Virus record (IMG/VR): IMGVR_UViG_3300043473_000010
Span: 1-41,861 of that record
Source of the DNA: a virus
Lineage: Duplodnaviria > Caudoviricetes
Strand: one strand, 5' to 3'
Length of the DNA: 41,861 bases
Part shown: piece by piece, positions 7,810 to 17,123 of the stretch
How the letters are laid out: each line of letters opens with the position of its first letter
Numbering within the stretch: position 1 is the first letter of the stretch
Notes under the pieces: model-generated
The model's database searches: none
What the model was told of the DNA's origin: nothing
Seen by the model: the letters and a program-made list of their open reading frames with translations, nothing else
Translations under genes and position numbers: made by a program

Positions 7810-9942
7810 ATGCCTCTGAGTAATCGTGCTCCCGTAAACGCTGCCGGTAGTCTGTTGGTGACTACGACTATTCCCACGCCCGCGTGGCCTCAGCTTGGCG
7901 GCATGACGTATGACCCCACTACGGGTGAATTGGCTGTTATTGACGCAGTGCCCGCTGCGACGGATCCATGGGTGGGTGGAATTCGCTTTACCAATCTTGG
8001 GTCGATGTACATCGTGACATCCGTCCCACCGCTACTTTTCTATGTCGGTGGAATACCCGTATCTCCTGATGGTCGGGTTTACATGACTGGTAGTCCGCCG
8101 ATAGGTGCTTCAGGAGGGTGGCCTGTCGCCGGTGATGGTGGTGTGGCAGGATCTAATCCGACACTGTTTCCTTCTTTCTGGGCTCCATTGGGAACCTCGC
8201 TGTTCCCCAATCTTGGGCCGTACCCGACATTTACTCGGGCCACATTTGCGACAACGTATAACAGCGATGGCAACGTACGACAAGTACTCCCCAATGAGGC
8301 CAGATTTGCCGGGGCGCGGCGGGTGGCGAACAACTTTGTCTTCAGTGAGGGCCATGTAGCAAATTGGGCTCCTCCAGGAAGTGGCGGTACTAAGGCGGAA
8401 ATCGCCTATGGCGGGAAGTCAAGCGTCATTGCTCTCGGGTTCCCGGCCAATGGACCCACAGGACTTGGGCAGGGTGGCAACTTCGGCGGTGGGACCATCT
8501 ACTTCGGCCACTACTATCACATCTCAGTATGGGTTGCTCTGTCGCGCCCATTGACTGGAACTGAGTCCATCGGCTTCTGGGGCGCATCAGGAAGCGGGTT
8601 TAATGGCCCTCATTTCCTACTCACTGCTGCGGTCCAGCCAGGAACTGCTCTACAGAGGATGGCTGCGAATGCTCCAGTGGGCTCTCCTGTAACAACTGTC
8701 GGTGGAACTGGGCTCTTCATCTACCCACAAACAACAATCACATCTCCGCTTACCGTGTACGTCTGGGGATGGCAACTTGAGGATGTGTCGGGACAAGCGA
8801 ATCAAGCTCCTGGCGAGTACGTCAGTATGGGTGTTCTCGCTACTCCGTACAACGGTGCGGGCGTGGATGGAGTGAAGTACTTCAATACGACGAATGGAAA
8901 TTCTGTAGTGGGCAATATGGTTGCTGAAGGAGTTGGCTCCCCATTGTCCTCATTCTACGGGTTCCATTGCGAGCCTGCTGATACGAACAAGATGCTCCGG
9001 TCTGATGATATGGCGAATTGGACTCGGACCAATTGCACCGTAGGCATAAATGTTCCCGGCGCTCCTGACGGTAGCGACAATGCGTTTCTGTTTACTGATA
9101 ATGCGACTGCGGGAGTGCACAAATTCCTTGAAGGTACTGGTCTTGTCTCCGTAGTTGGCAGCTACAATAACTGGAGCGTGTTTGCCAAGGCTGGAACAAT
9201 GCCTTGGTTCCAACTCGCGATTGACGATAACGGCACGGTCTGGTACGCCAACTTCAATCTCCAAACGGGCACGGTGGGAAGCAGCAATGGCTACACTGCC
9301 GGAATGATCCCGTTGGCAAATGGGTGGTATCGCTGCTATCTCTCGAAGCATGGTACGGTCTCCACTCCCACGGCATTCCCGCAGATATGCGGGCTTCCAG
9401 GAAATGTAGCCACTCCGTTACCGACTTACCCAGGAACGGGACAGACCGTATTGCTCTGGGGACCGCAATTCGAGTCTGGTCCGCTCTACCCGCTCACATA
9501 TATCCCAACAACAACGGTGGCGGTGACGCGGAATGCGGAAACTTTGGACTACGCCTATGGCGTGGATGGGGTGACGGGCACATCCTACGTCGAGGTCATT
9601 CCAGCACTCACTTCTTCTCAACGAGACTTGCTCTACGATGCAAACGGGAAGACCATTCAGTATTACGTTACAGGCGTAGCCAACTATCCTGAAAACGTAC
9701 AGACAGTGAACACGCCTAATATCGGTGTACCGAACAAATCTGCGAGTGCTTGGGGCGCTTTGACTTGCTCCATGGATTTGAATGGGGGACCGATAGCTAC
9801 AGGAGCCTATGTAAATGCGGGAACTGTCCCACCATTCTATGTTGGCAGAGGAACTGGCGGTCCGTGGACGGGCTTGATCCGTAACGTAAAGATATTCCCC
9901 GCCAAATTTACTGATGCTCAACTTCAGGCGATAACGGTATGA
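7810..9942 (+). CDS. Putative head fibre/spike protein with duplicated beta-sandwich domain
   Basis: FTRAT.AT, two repeats ending WGWQLE and WGPQFE, APDG, NGWYRC, TYIPTT..AVTR motifs typical of phage fibre carbohydrate-binding-like domains. Confidence 0.65.
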   Translation: MPLSNRAPVNAAGSLLVTTTIPTPAWPQLGGMTYDPTTGELAVIDAVPAATDPWVGGIRFTNLGSMYIVTSVPPLLFYVGGIPVSPDGRVYMTGSPPIGASGGWPVAGDGGVAGSNPTLFPSFWAPLGTSLFPNLGPYPTFTRATFATTYNSDGNVRQVLPNEARFAGARRVANNFVFSEGHVANWAPPGSGGTKAEIAYGGKSSVIALGFPANGPTGLGQGGNFGGGTIYFGHYYHISVWVALSRPLTGTESIGFWGASGSGFNGPHFLLTAAVQPGTALQRMAANAPVGSPVTTVGGTGLFIYPQTTITSPLTVYVWGWQLEDVSGQANQAPGEYVSMGVLATPYNGAGVDGVKYFNTTNGNSVVGNMVAEGVGSPLSSFYGFHCEPADTNKMLRSDDMANWTRTNCTVGINVPGAPDGSDNAFLFTDNATAGVHKFLEGTGLVSVVGSYNNWSVFAKAGTMPWFQLAIDDNGTVWYANFNLQTGTVGSSNGYTAGMIPLANGWYRCYLSKHGTVSTPTAFPQICGLPGNVATPLPTYPGTGQTVLLWGPQFESGPLYPLTYIPTTTVAVTRNAETLDYAYGVDGVTGTSYVEVIPALTSSQRDLLYDANGKTIQYYVTGVANYPENVQTVNTPNIGVPNKSASAWGALTCSMDLNGGPIATGAYVNAGTVPPFYVGRGTGGPWTGLIRNVKIFPAKFTDAQLQAITV

Positions 9943-10373
9943 GCGCCCTTGTTCGCAGACTCGTCGTGTTCGCTGGAGCTACGCCAAATCCGCGGTTGCC
10001 AGATGATCCTCAAGTTCTTCTGGTCCAAGGAGTGGTGGCGATTCGTGTTGATCCACCGCTAATTGAGTACACGGCTCTAGCAGTAAATCCCAATCCTGAT
10101 TTTTGGGATGTGCTTGTCAATCCCAATTTCGACTTTTCCAGCTACGTCCGTCTGTACGAATGCGAAATGCAGGATGATGGCAGCTTCGTAGTCAAGCGCG
10201 ACTTGTTCGGGCCGGGGGATTACCCTCACACATGGGCAGGATGGCCTATTCCCGGCGACCCGCCACCGACGCAGCCGACCGGCACTCCGCAGGCCGTGCC
10301 GCAGACCGTTGTTCTGTCCCAAGGCGAGAGGAAAGCCTTGGCCGTACTCCAACGCAAGAAAGGGACTAAGTAA
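9939..10373 (+). CDS. Hypothetical protein
   Basis: ATGA/TAATG coupled on both sides. Confidence 0.65.
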   Translation: MSALVRRLVVFAGATPNPRLPDDPQVLLVQGVVAIRVDPPLIEYTALAVNPNPDFWDVLVNPNFDFSSYVRLYECEMQDDGSFVVKRDLFGPGDYPHTWAGWPIPGDPPPTQPTGTPQAVPQTVVLSQGERKALAVLQRKKGTK

Positions 10374-10948
10374 TGGGACTCGAAGCTGTCATTGAATCAA
10401 ACACGTTTGACAATCGGTTTGCGGCCGATGACAAACTCTACGTCGTGTTCGCGATGCACGCCGTACAGAACGGTTTCCAAACCGAGCAACAGGGTCGCCC
10501 CATTTTCGACGACGTACCGCATGTTCGTATTCACGTGCCGGGTGATAAGACCTCCGTGGTGGAGCGCCCCGTCATCGAAGAAGACAAGATGCGCTTCCCC
10601 CGGCAGTGGGAGAAGTTCCAGAAGAACATGTCACAGGCACCGGAAGGCACCCCGCTGGAACAGTGGCCCCTGCTGACCATCGGGCAGGTGATGGAATTTA
10701 AGGCGCTCAACGTGTTCACCGTGGAACAGCTCGCGGGCATGGCCGACGTTCAGGCGCAGCGGTTCATGGGCGGACACGAAATGCGTCGCAAGGCTGTGGC
10801 GTTCCTTGCCTCCGCCAAGAATACCGCCGAGGCGCAGCGGCTCGCCACGGCCAATGCCGAACTGGAGCAGCGGCTTGACGCCAAGGATGAAATCATCCGG
10901 CAGATGGGCGCACGGTTGGAGGCACTGGAGCAGAAGCAGAAGAAGTAA
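10373..10948 (+). CDS. Conserved phage hypothetical protein with C-terminal coiled coil
   Basis: GRPIF, RFPRQW, GTPLEQWP, TVEQLA motifs recurrent in podovirus head-tail regions. Confidence 0.75.
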   Translation: MGLEAVIESNTFDNRFAADDKLYVVFAMHAVQNGFQTEQQGRPIFDDVPHVRIHVPGDKTSVVERPVIEEDKMRFPRQWEKFQKNMSQAPEGTPLEQWPLLTIGQVMEFKALNVFTVEQLAGMADVQAQRFMGGHEMRRKAVAFLASAKNTAEAQRLATANAELEQRLDAKDEIIRQMGARLEALEQKQKK

Positions 10949-10963
10949 CCAAAGAGGCCAGAG

Positions 10964-11707
10964 ATGAACCCTACGGTACTGAAGCAATGTCAGACTGCGC
11001 TGCGCGAGTTGGGGCTTCCTATTCCCGACTCCGCCGCGCAGGCGGACGATACGACTGGGCAGCAGATCTTTGGCCTCTGGAATGCGCTCGGGCAGGAGCT
11101 TTACGAGAAGTATCGGTGGAAGGAACTGGAGAAAACCTTTGACCTCGTCACCGCCCAGGATCAAGCCGCGTATCCGCTGCCTGATGACTGGGCGGGGCCG
11201 ATTGACCAGACCGAGTGGGACAAGACAAACCACTGGTCCCTCATTGGGCAGGCGACGCCGCAGCAATGGCAGACCCTCCAGTCAGGCATCGTCGCACTTG
11301 GCCCCCGGCTGCGGTATCGCTACGTCGGCAGGACCGTGGAGCTCTTCCCTACGCCCACGGTCACGGGCGGCAACGTGTTCACCCCGTACACGCTCAGCTT
11401 CATGTACTACGCGACCGGGTGGGTCATCTTGGCTGACGGCACTACCGCCAACGAGGCCACGAGCGACGGTGACCGCTCGGTGTTCAGCAACCGGCTGATG
11501 ATCAACGGCATCAAGCTCAAATTGTGGGAGATCAAAGGCTTTGATACAGCGGCGCTCGCCAAGGACTACGACATCATGTTCAATCAAGCCATGAGCCGTA
11601 ATCAGGGTGCGCCCCGGCTGTCCCTCAGCCCACGGGTGTCCCCGATCTACATTGGCCCCTGGAATATCAGCGACGGTAACTGGAACACTGGACCGACTGG
11701 CCCATGA
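10964..11707 (+). CDS. Head-to-tail adaptor (tail tubular A-like)
   Basis: Position before nozzle; YPLPDDW and ELFPTP motifs; size. Confidence 0.65.
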   Translation: MNPTVLKQCQTALRELGLPIPDSAAQADDTTGQQIFGLWNALGQELYEKYRWKELEKTFDLVTAQDQAAYPLPDDWAGPIDQTEWDKTNHWSLIGQATPQQWQTLQSGIVALGPRLRYRYVGRTVELFPTPTVTGGNVFTPYTLSFMYYATGWVILADGTTANEATSDGDRSVFSNRLMINGIKLKLWEIKGFDTAALAKDYDIMFNQAMSRNQGAPRLSLSPRVSPIYIGPWNISDGNWNTGPTGP

Positions 11708-13350
11708 CGCTACCGTGGAAAAACAGTGGTCGGCGGTCCGTCATCAAGACGGCCTCCATACCGTCACCGATTGGCGGGCTGAATGCTCGCGACTCGGTTG
11801 CGGCCATGCCGGTCACCGATGCGCTTGTTCTACGCAACTGGTTCCCGTTCCCTTACGCTGTGTCCATGCGTAAGGGATGGAAGGAAATCACGGTAGGCTT
11901 GACTCCGGGTGTCAACGCCACGGTGGCCGTGCATCATCCCAAGGTCGGTTCCCGTACCATCGTGGCGTTTACGGGCGGCAACATCTACACGATTCATGCC
12001 CCCGGCCTAGCGCCCGCGCCCACTATCACAGGACAGGCGAATGATTACTGGCAATCTTCAATGTTTTCAAACATTGGAGGTAATTATCTATATTCTGTTA
12101 ATGGCGCGGATGCTCCGCAGATATACGACGGGGTAACGTTCACCGCCGTTGCACAGGTGGCGTCTCCGGCTACGGGCTTCAATGTCAGCGGCGTGGACCC
12201 ACACAAGTTCATTCACGTTGCGATTCATCAGCGCCGTCTGTGGTTTGTGGAGAAGGACTCCACGCAAGCGTGGTATCTGCCGGTCGATCAGCTCGGTGGT
12301 GATGCACAACCGTTTCCAGTGGGGCAGCTATGGCGGTTCGGTGGCTTCCTCATGGCAATCTATACATGGACTGTGGACTCCGGTGACGGAATGGACGATA
12401 AGCTCGTGCTTATCTCCTCCAATGGTGAGTGCGCCATGTACTCGGGCACTGACCCATCGGACCCGGAGGCTTGGAAGTTGGAGGGGGTGTTTCGTCTGGG
12501 TTCTCCAGTGGGTCGCCGCTGCGGGGTGAAGTACGGCGGCGACCTCCTTTTACTGACCACCGACGGAATGGTCCCCATCTCTGCGGCGCTGCAAAGCACT
12601 CGCGTCAACACGGCGGACACGCTGACCGATAAGATACAGCACACCATCAGCGAGCTCATTTCCCAGTACAAGAGCGTCGTAGGGTGGGAAATGATGCTGT
12701 TCTACAATGAGAATCAGGTGTGGCTTGTGGTGCCGACCGCTGCCGCAGTTTCACCGGCCAACAGTCCGGTAGCGCGTGTGAGCGATACGGTGGATGTTCA
12801 GGTGTACGCGATGAACACCATCAGTGGAGCGTGGTGCCAGTTTTCCAACATGGACATTCGCAGCACGGCCATCTATAACGACAACCCCGCATTCATTACG
12901 AGCGACGGGCGGGTCTGTCAAGCGTGGACTGGATACTACGACAACGTGCCGTGGGACAAGACCACCGGCGAGCGCATAGAGCTGGAAGTAATCACCGCGT
13001 ACAACTACTTCGAATCCATGGGGGTTACGAAGCGATGGACAATGGCGCGGCCTATCTTCCAGTCCGGTTCCATACCGGAGTCTGCCATCACGTTGGAGGT
13101 GGACTTTGGCGTCGTTGCTTCACTGGTCCTGCCACCGGGCAGCACGCAACCTTCATCGGACTACCTGTGGGATGCTCCGGATTCGCTGTGGGATGTGGCA
13201 AAGTGGAATCAGGAATACGCCCGTTTTCGACGGTGGCAATCCATTCAGGGCATGGGGTATGCTGCGGCGCTCCACATGCTCGTAGCACAGAACGTGCAAA
13301 CGCTCTGGGTCGCGACAGACTACGTGTACGAACTCGGCGATACTATCTAG
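11704..13350 (+). CDS. Tail nozzle / packaged-DNA stabilisation protein
   Basis: PSPIGGLNARD, HQRRLWF, YSGTDP, KYGGDL; beta-propeller-like composition. Confidence 0.75.
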   Translation: MTLPWKNSGRRSVIKTASIPSPIGGLNARDSVAAMPVTDALVLRNWFPFPYAVSMRKGWKEITVGLTPGVNATVAVHHPKVGSRTIVAFTGGNIYTIHAPGLAPAPTITGQANDYWQSSMFSNIGGNYLYSVNGADAPQIYDGVTFTAVAQVASPATGFNVSGVDPHKFIHVAIHQRRLWFVEKDSTQAWYLPVDQLGGDAQPFPVGQLWRFGGFLMAIYTWTVDSGDGMDDKLVLISSNGECAMYSGTDPSDPEAWKLEGVFRLGSPVGRRCGVKYGGDLLLLTTDGMVPISAALQSTRVNTADTLTDKIQHTISELISQYKSVVGWEMMLFYNENQVWLVVPTAAAVSPANSPVARVSDTVDVQVYAMNTISGAWCQFSNMDIRSTAIYNDNPAFITSDGRVCQAWTGYYDNVPWDKTTGERIELEVITAYNYFESMGVTKRWTMARPIFQSGSIPESAITLEVDFGVVASLVLPPGSTQPSSDYLWDAPDSLWDVAKWNQEYARFRRWQSIQGMGYAAALHMLVAQNVQTLWVATDYVYELGDTI

Positions 13351-13359
13351 GAGCATATC

Positions 13360-13890
13360 ATGGGCGGAAAGTCACAGAGCGCGGCGCAACCCCGACTGGG
13401 CGGTGGAATGGGTGGCGGATTGGGAGGAGCACGGAACACTCGCCCCAGTCTCAGCATGGGCGGCGGAATGCCTTCGCGTCCGCAAGCGATGGCCGGGGCG
13501 CTGATGCAGCAACAGCCCTCCTCAGGCTTGGGGTCGCAGGCTCCGATGCCGTCGTTTGGCAGCTACAGCCCCGGAGCACAGGCGGGCGGGATGTTGGGCT
13601 CGGCAATGCCGCAGATGGGCACCATTGGCGGACAACTGGGTGGTTCAAGTTACGGAGCGCCATCGCCTCCAGCATTCGGTGCGATGGGGTCGGCTACTCC
13701 ATGGGGCGGAACGTTTGGTGCCCCCATGCAAGGAACAGATCTTGGAGCGATGCAGGGTGCGATGCAGAGCGCACAGAACGCCCCCGCTGCTCCGGATGCG
13801 AATGCCGCCGCGCAACAGATGAACGCACAGCGGATGCAAGTACCTCAGCCGCCGACAACGGGCCGCTTCGGGCAGAACCCGCTGAAGTAA
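13360..13890 (+). CDS. Gly/Met/Gln-rich low-complexity protein, putative internal virion protein
   Basis: AGGAG RBS; starts MGGKS like the gene at 14304. Confidence 0.6.
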   Translation: MGGKSQSAAQPRLGGGMGGGLGGARNTRPSLSMGGGMPSRPQAMAGALMQQQPSSGLGSQAPMPSFGSYSPGAQAGGMLGSAMPQMGTIGGQLGGSSYGAPSPPAFGAMGSATPWGGTFGAPMQGTDLGAMQGAMQSAQNAPAAPDANAAAQQMNAQRMQVPQPPTTGRFGQNPLK

Positions 13891-13891
13891 A

Positions 13892-14338
13892 GTGTACGTC
13901 CTCATTGCCGATGCGGAGCGGGTCGGGGAGTTCTGCTCCAAGTTGATGGGTAACATCCAGTGGGGCGTACATACGGCGATAGGGATAGAAAGGGATGGCG
14001 AGCTGATTGGTGGGGTGGTCTACGATGGCTTCAATGGCAGGAATATCTGGGCGCACATTGCGGGTAAGCCGGGGACACGATGGCTCACTCGTAGTTTTCT
14101 CTACGCCATGTATCACTACCCCTTTGTTCAGCTTGGAGTGGAGCGCATCACCGGGCCTGTGGACTCAACCAACCTGGAAGCCATTCGCCTCGATACGCAT
14201 ATGGGATTCGTACATGAGGCTACTCTACGTGGGGCCTCACCTAATGGTGACCTGCTCTTGTTTGTGATGTGGAAGCAGAATTGTAGATACCTAGGAGACC
14301 GCTATGGGCGGGAAGTCAAAGGCACCGAAGGCACCTGA
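13892..14338 (+). CDS. GNAT-family acetyltransferase
   Basis: YPFVQLGVERITGPV..TNLEAIRL...MGFVHEATLR matches RimJ/RimL-like GNATs found between nozzle and ejection genes. Confidence 0.8.
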   Translation: MYVLIADAERVGEFCSKLMGNIQWGVHTAIGIERDGELIGGVVYDGFNGRNIWAHIAGKPGTRWLTRSFLYAMYHYPFVQLGVERITGPVDSTNLEAIRLDTHMGFVHEATLRGASPNGDLLLFVMWKQNCRYLGDRYGREVKGTEGT

Positions 14339-15470
14339 TCTCGTCGCTGCGAATGCTCAGCAGGTCCAGCTGAATAAGGATGCTGCCACCGATGTGATGA
14401 ACACCAATCGGTATTCGCAGTCCACACCGTTTGCGAGTAACGAGTGGGTGACTGGCCCGGACGGCAAGGTCACGAACACGACCACACTGTCTCCGGAACA
14501 GCAGTCGCTCTACATGAAGAACAACGCACTCGCTCAGCAAATGAGCGGTAACGCGAGCGGTGCGCTTGATTCCTTCATGGGGAAATACTGGGGTGGCGGA
14601 GGAGGTGGAAGTAGCTCGTCCTCCAGTGGCGGGGGTGGTGTTAATATTCCCAACAGCGCGGGAAAGAACGGTAATCTTCCCGGTGGCATCCAGAATGACT
14701 TGGACTACTCCAAGCTCACTGCGATGCCGACCACTGACCCGGCAGCGGCGCGGCAGCAAGCGCAGGATGCGCTCTACAACATGAACGCGCAGTACCTGGA
14801 TCCGCAGTGGAAAGCGTCCCAGTCCTCGCTCGCAACCAAGTTGTCCAATCAGGGACTGGTGCCGGGTACGGAGGCGTACAACCGGGCGATGCAGGTGGAG
14901 AACGATGCACAGCAGAAAGCCTACGAGTCGGCGCGGCAGGGTGCGATCGCCGGTGGCGGCGCGGAGGCCGAGCGGGCGCAGAACATGGCACTGCAACTGC
15001 GGAATCAAGGCATGACCGAAGCGGGCAACCTCGGTGCGTTTCATAACGCGGCGCAGGACCAAGGTGCGAAGCAGTGGCTCCAGAAGTACGGATACGATTC
15101 ATCTAAGGATGCCACCCTTGGCGCTGCCGGTATCAACGCCGGTGCTTCCATGTCCAATGCTCAGTTGCAGGCGGACGCGGCCAACCGGCAGGAGTCCTTC
15201 AACGAATTGCTGAAGATGGGGCAGTTCGGTCAAAGCGGGCAGATGATTCCCCAGTTCGGTACCAGTCAGGGAAATATGGGCAGCTACGGAACGGGCAACC
15301 TCGTGGGTGCGGAGCAGCAGCAGTATCAGAACGCGGCCCAAGCGGCGCAGAATAAGGGCGGGATGCTTCCGGCACTTGCCGGGATGGCGGGCACGTACTT
15401 CGGTGGTCCATTGCTCGGTGCTGCGGGCAAGGGTCTCGGGACAGCGTTGTCGAACTACATGACTGGCTAG
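14304..15470 (+). CDS. Putative DNA ejection/pilot protein
   Basis: MGGKSKAPKAPD start, Q.TP.G..W motif, LSNQGLVPGTEAYNRAM, C-terminal Gly-rich hydrophobic segment. Confidence 0.7.
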   Translation: MGGKSKAPKAPDLVAANAQQVQLNKDAATDVMNTNRYSQSTPFASNEWVTGPDGKVTNTTTLSPEQQSLYMKNNALAQQMSGNASGALDSFMGKYWGGGGGGSSSSSSGGGGVNIPNSAGKNGNLPGGIQNDLDYSKLTAMPTTDPAAARQQAQDALYNMNAQYLDPQWKASQSSLATKLSNQGLVPGTEAYNRAMQVENDAQQKAYESARQGAIAGGGAEAERAQNMALQLRNQGMTEAGNLGAFHNAAQDQGAKQWLQKYGYDSSKDATLGAAGINAGASMSNAQLQADAANRQESFNELLKMGQFGQSGQMIPQFGTSQGNMGSYGTGNLVGAEQQQYQNAAQAAQNKGGMLPALAGMAGTYFGGPLLGAAGKGLGTALSNYMTG

Positions 15471-15479
15471 GAGCACGAA

Positions 15480-17120
15480 ATGCCCGCATACAAGCCGATC
15501 TACGGTACCGACGCGCCCGGTGACTTTGACGAGGATCAGGCCGCAATAGATCAACGCAAGCTACAGCTCCTCGCCGCCATGAAGAACCCCATTGGCGGAG
15601 CAGGTACGGGATGGGCCGGTGGACTCGCTAACTTCTTCCAGAACGCTATTGGAAGCAGCTTGCTGAGTAGTGAGGACGCCAAGAGCAAGGACATCGCACA
15701 GCGTCGGCAGCAAACGGCACTGGATGCTCTGAAGGAAATCGGCAAACCCAAGGTGGAGGCGCAGCCGGAGCAGAACCCCTCGGTGCCGCCGCAGGAACTG
15801 GAAGGCTTGGGTGGCGGTCCGCCGGTACCGACGACGTATGGTCAGCAACCTCCGGGAGCAGCGCCGCAGCCGGGGATGCCAGAACAACTGAGCGGTCCAC
15901 AGGACGCACCGGCAGCGCCTCCGGGGCAGGCAGGACCGGAGCAACTGGGCGGGCCACCGGATATTCCTCCTCCGGAGCCTGCGGGTGGGATGGTCCCGCA
16001 GCCACCGACGTATGAGTACAAAGCAGCGACGCCCATGATTCCCAAGTCGCTGGAAGAAAAACTGCCACTCATCGCCAAGATGGCGCAGGGTGGCCCCATG
16101 TACGCTCACATCGCACAGAGCGTGCTCACGCACGAACTGGATGCACCGGAGAAGGAAGCGGCCCGCAAGGCGGCAGTGGAAGATCGTAAGGCTGCGGCGT
16201 CGGAGGCGGCGCGAGTGCGGCAACACGAGATCGAGCTCAAGCAAATTGAAACAGCGCGGTTGGACGAGCATCGCCGCATTGACAAGGAAGCGGAGAACGA
16301 AAAGGACCGTGAACTGAAGAGAGAGCTCGCCGACCAACGGGCACAGACGATGGCGATGTTAGCGGGGCTGAAGGCCTCCGGCAAAGCGGAGGGGCAGACC
16401 GACCTAACGCCGGAAGCGATTGACCTTGCGGCTGAAGAGTACCGGCGTACGAAGACCATGCCCGCACTGGCCCGCAGCCCCAACGATATGAAGGCTATCC
16501 TCAACCGTGCTGCGGAGCAGATGAAGGACGCGGGCAAAACGTCGGCGGAAACAGTCACCGACCGCTTGGAAATCAAGGCCGTGCTGCCCGCGTACACTCA
16601 GCTCAGTAAGGACTTGGCGTTCATTCGCCCATACGAAAAGATGCTGGACACAAACGCGCAGGTTTCCAAGACCTTGGCGCAGAAGGCCATCGCTACGGAT
16701 GCGCGTCTTGCCAACCGGCCTCTCAACTGGCTGCGGCAGAACATCGGTGACAATCCTGACGTTGCCGAGTTCCTTGCGCAGACGCACATCGTACAGACGG
16801 AAGCGGCGCGGGTGCTGAACAACCCCCGCCTGACCGGACAGCTCACCGACACGGCAAAGCGTGAAATGCAGGACATCGTCAGCGGCAACATGACCCTCGG
16901 TTCGTATACCCGTGTTGTGGACCGCCTCGTTACCGACGGGCGCAACCGGGTGGCGGCGATGGAGTCGGAGGCAGGGGCGCTGCAGAAGCGTCTGTCTGGT
17001 GACGCGAAGGGTGCGAGTGCGGCCCCGGCTGCGGCAGGACCCAAGCCGGGCGATGTAAAGGGAGGCTTCCGGTTCAAGGGCGGCGACCCAAGTGTGAAGG
17101 CCAACTGGGAAAAGGTGTAG
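15480..17120 (+). CDS. Putative ejection (internal virion) protein
   Basis: Position; Pro-rich repeats, coiled coil, C-terminal GFRFKGGDP....NWEKV motif. Confidence 0.65.
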   Translation: MPAYKPIYGTDAPGDFDEDQAAIDQRKLQLLAAMKNPIGGAGTGWAGGLANFFQNAIGSSLLSSEDAKSKDIAQRRQQTALDALKEIGKPKVEAQPEQNPSVPPQELEGLGGGPPVPTTYGQQPPGAAPQPGMPEQLSGPQDAPAAPPGQAGPEQLGGPPDIPPPEPAGGMVPQPPTYEYKAATPMIPKSLEEKLPLIAKMAQGGPMYAHIAQSVLTHELDAPEKEAARKAAVEDRKAAASEAARVRQHEIELKQIETARLDEHRRIDKEAENEKDRELKRELADQRAQTMAMLAGLKASGKAEGQTDLTPEAIDLAAEEYRRTKTMPALARSPNDMKAILNRAAEQMKDAGKTSAETVTDRLEIKAVLPAYTQLSKDLAFIRPYEKMLDTNAQVSKTLAQKAIATDARLANRPLNWLRQNIGDNPDVAEFLAQTHIVQTEAARVLNNPRLTGQLTDTAKREMQDIVSGNMTLGSYTRVVDRLVTDGRNRVAAMESEAGALQKRLSGDAKGASAAPAAAGPKPGDVKGGFRFKGGDPSVKANWEKV

Positions 17121-17123
17121 CCG

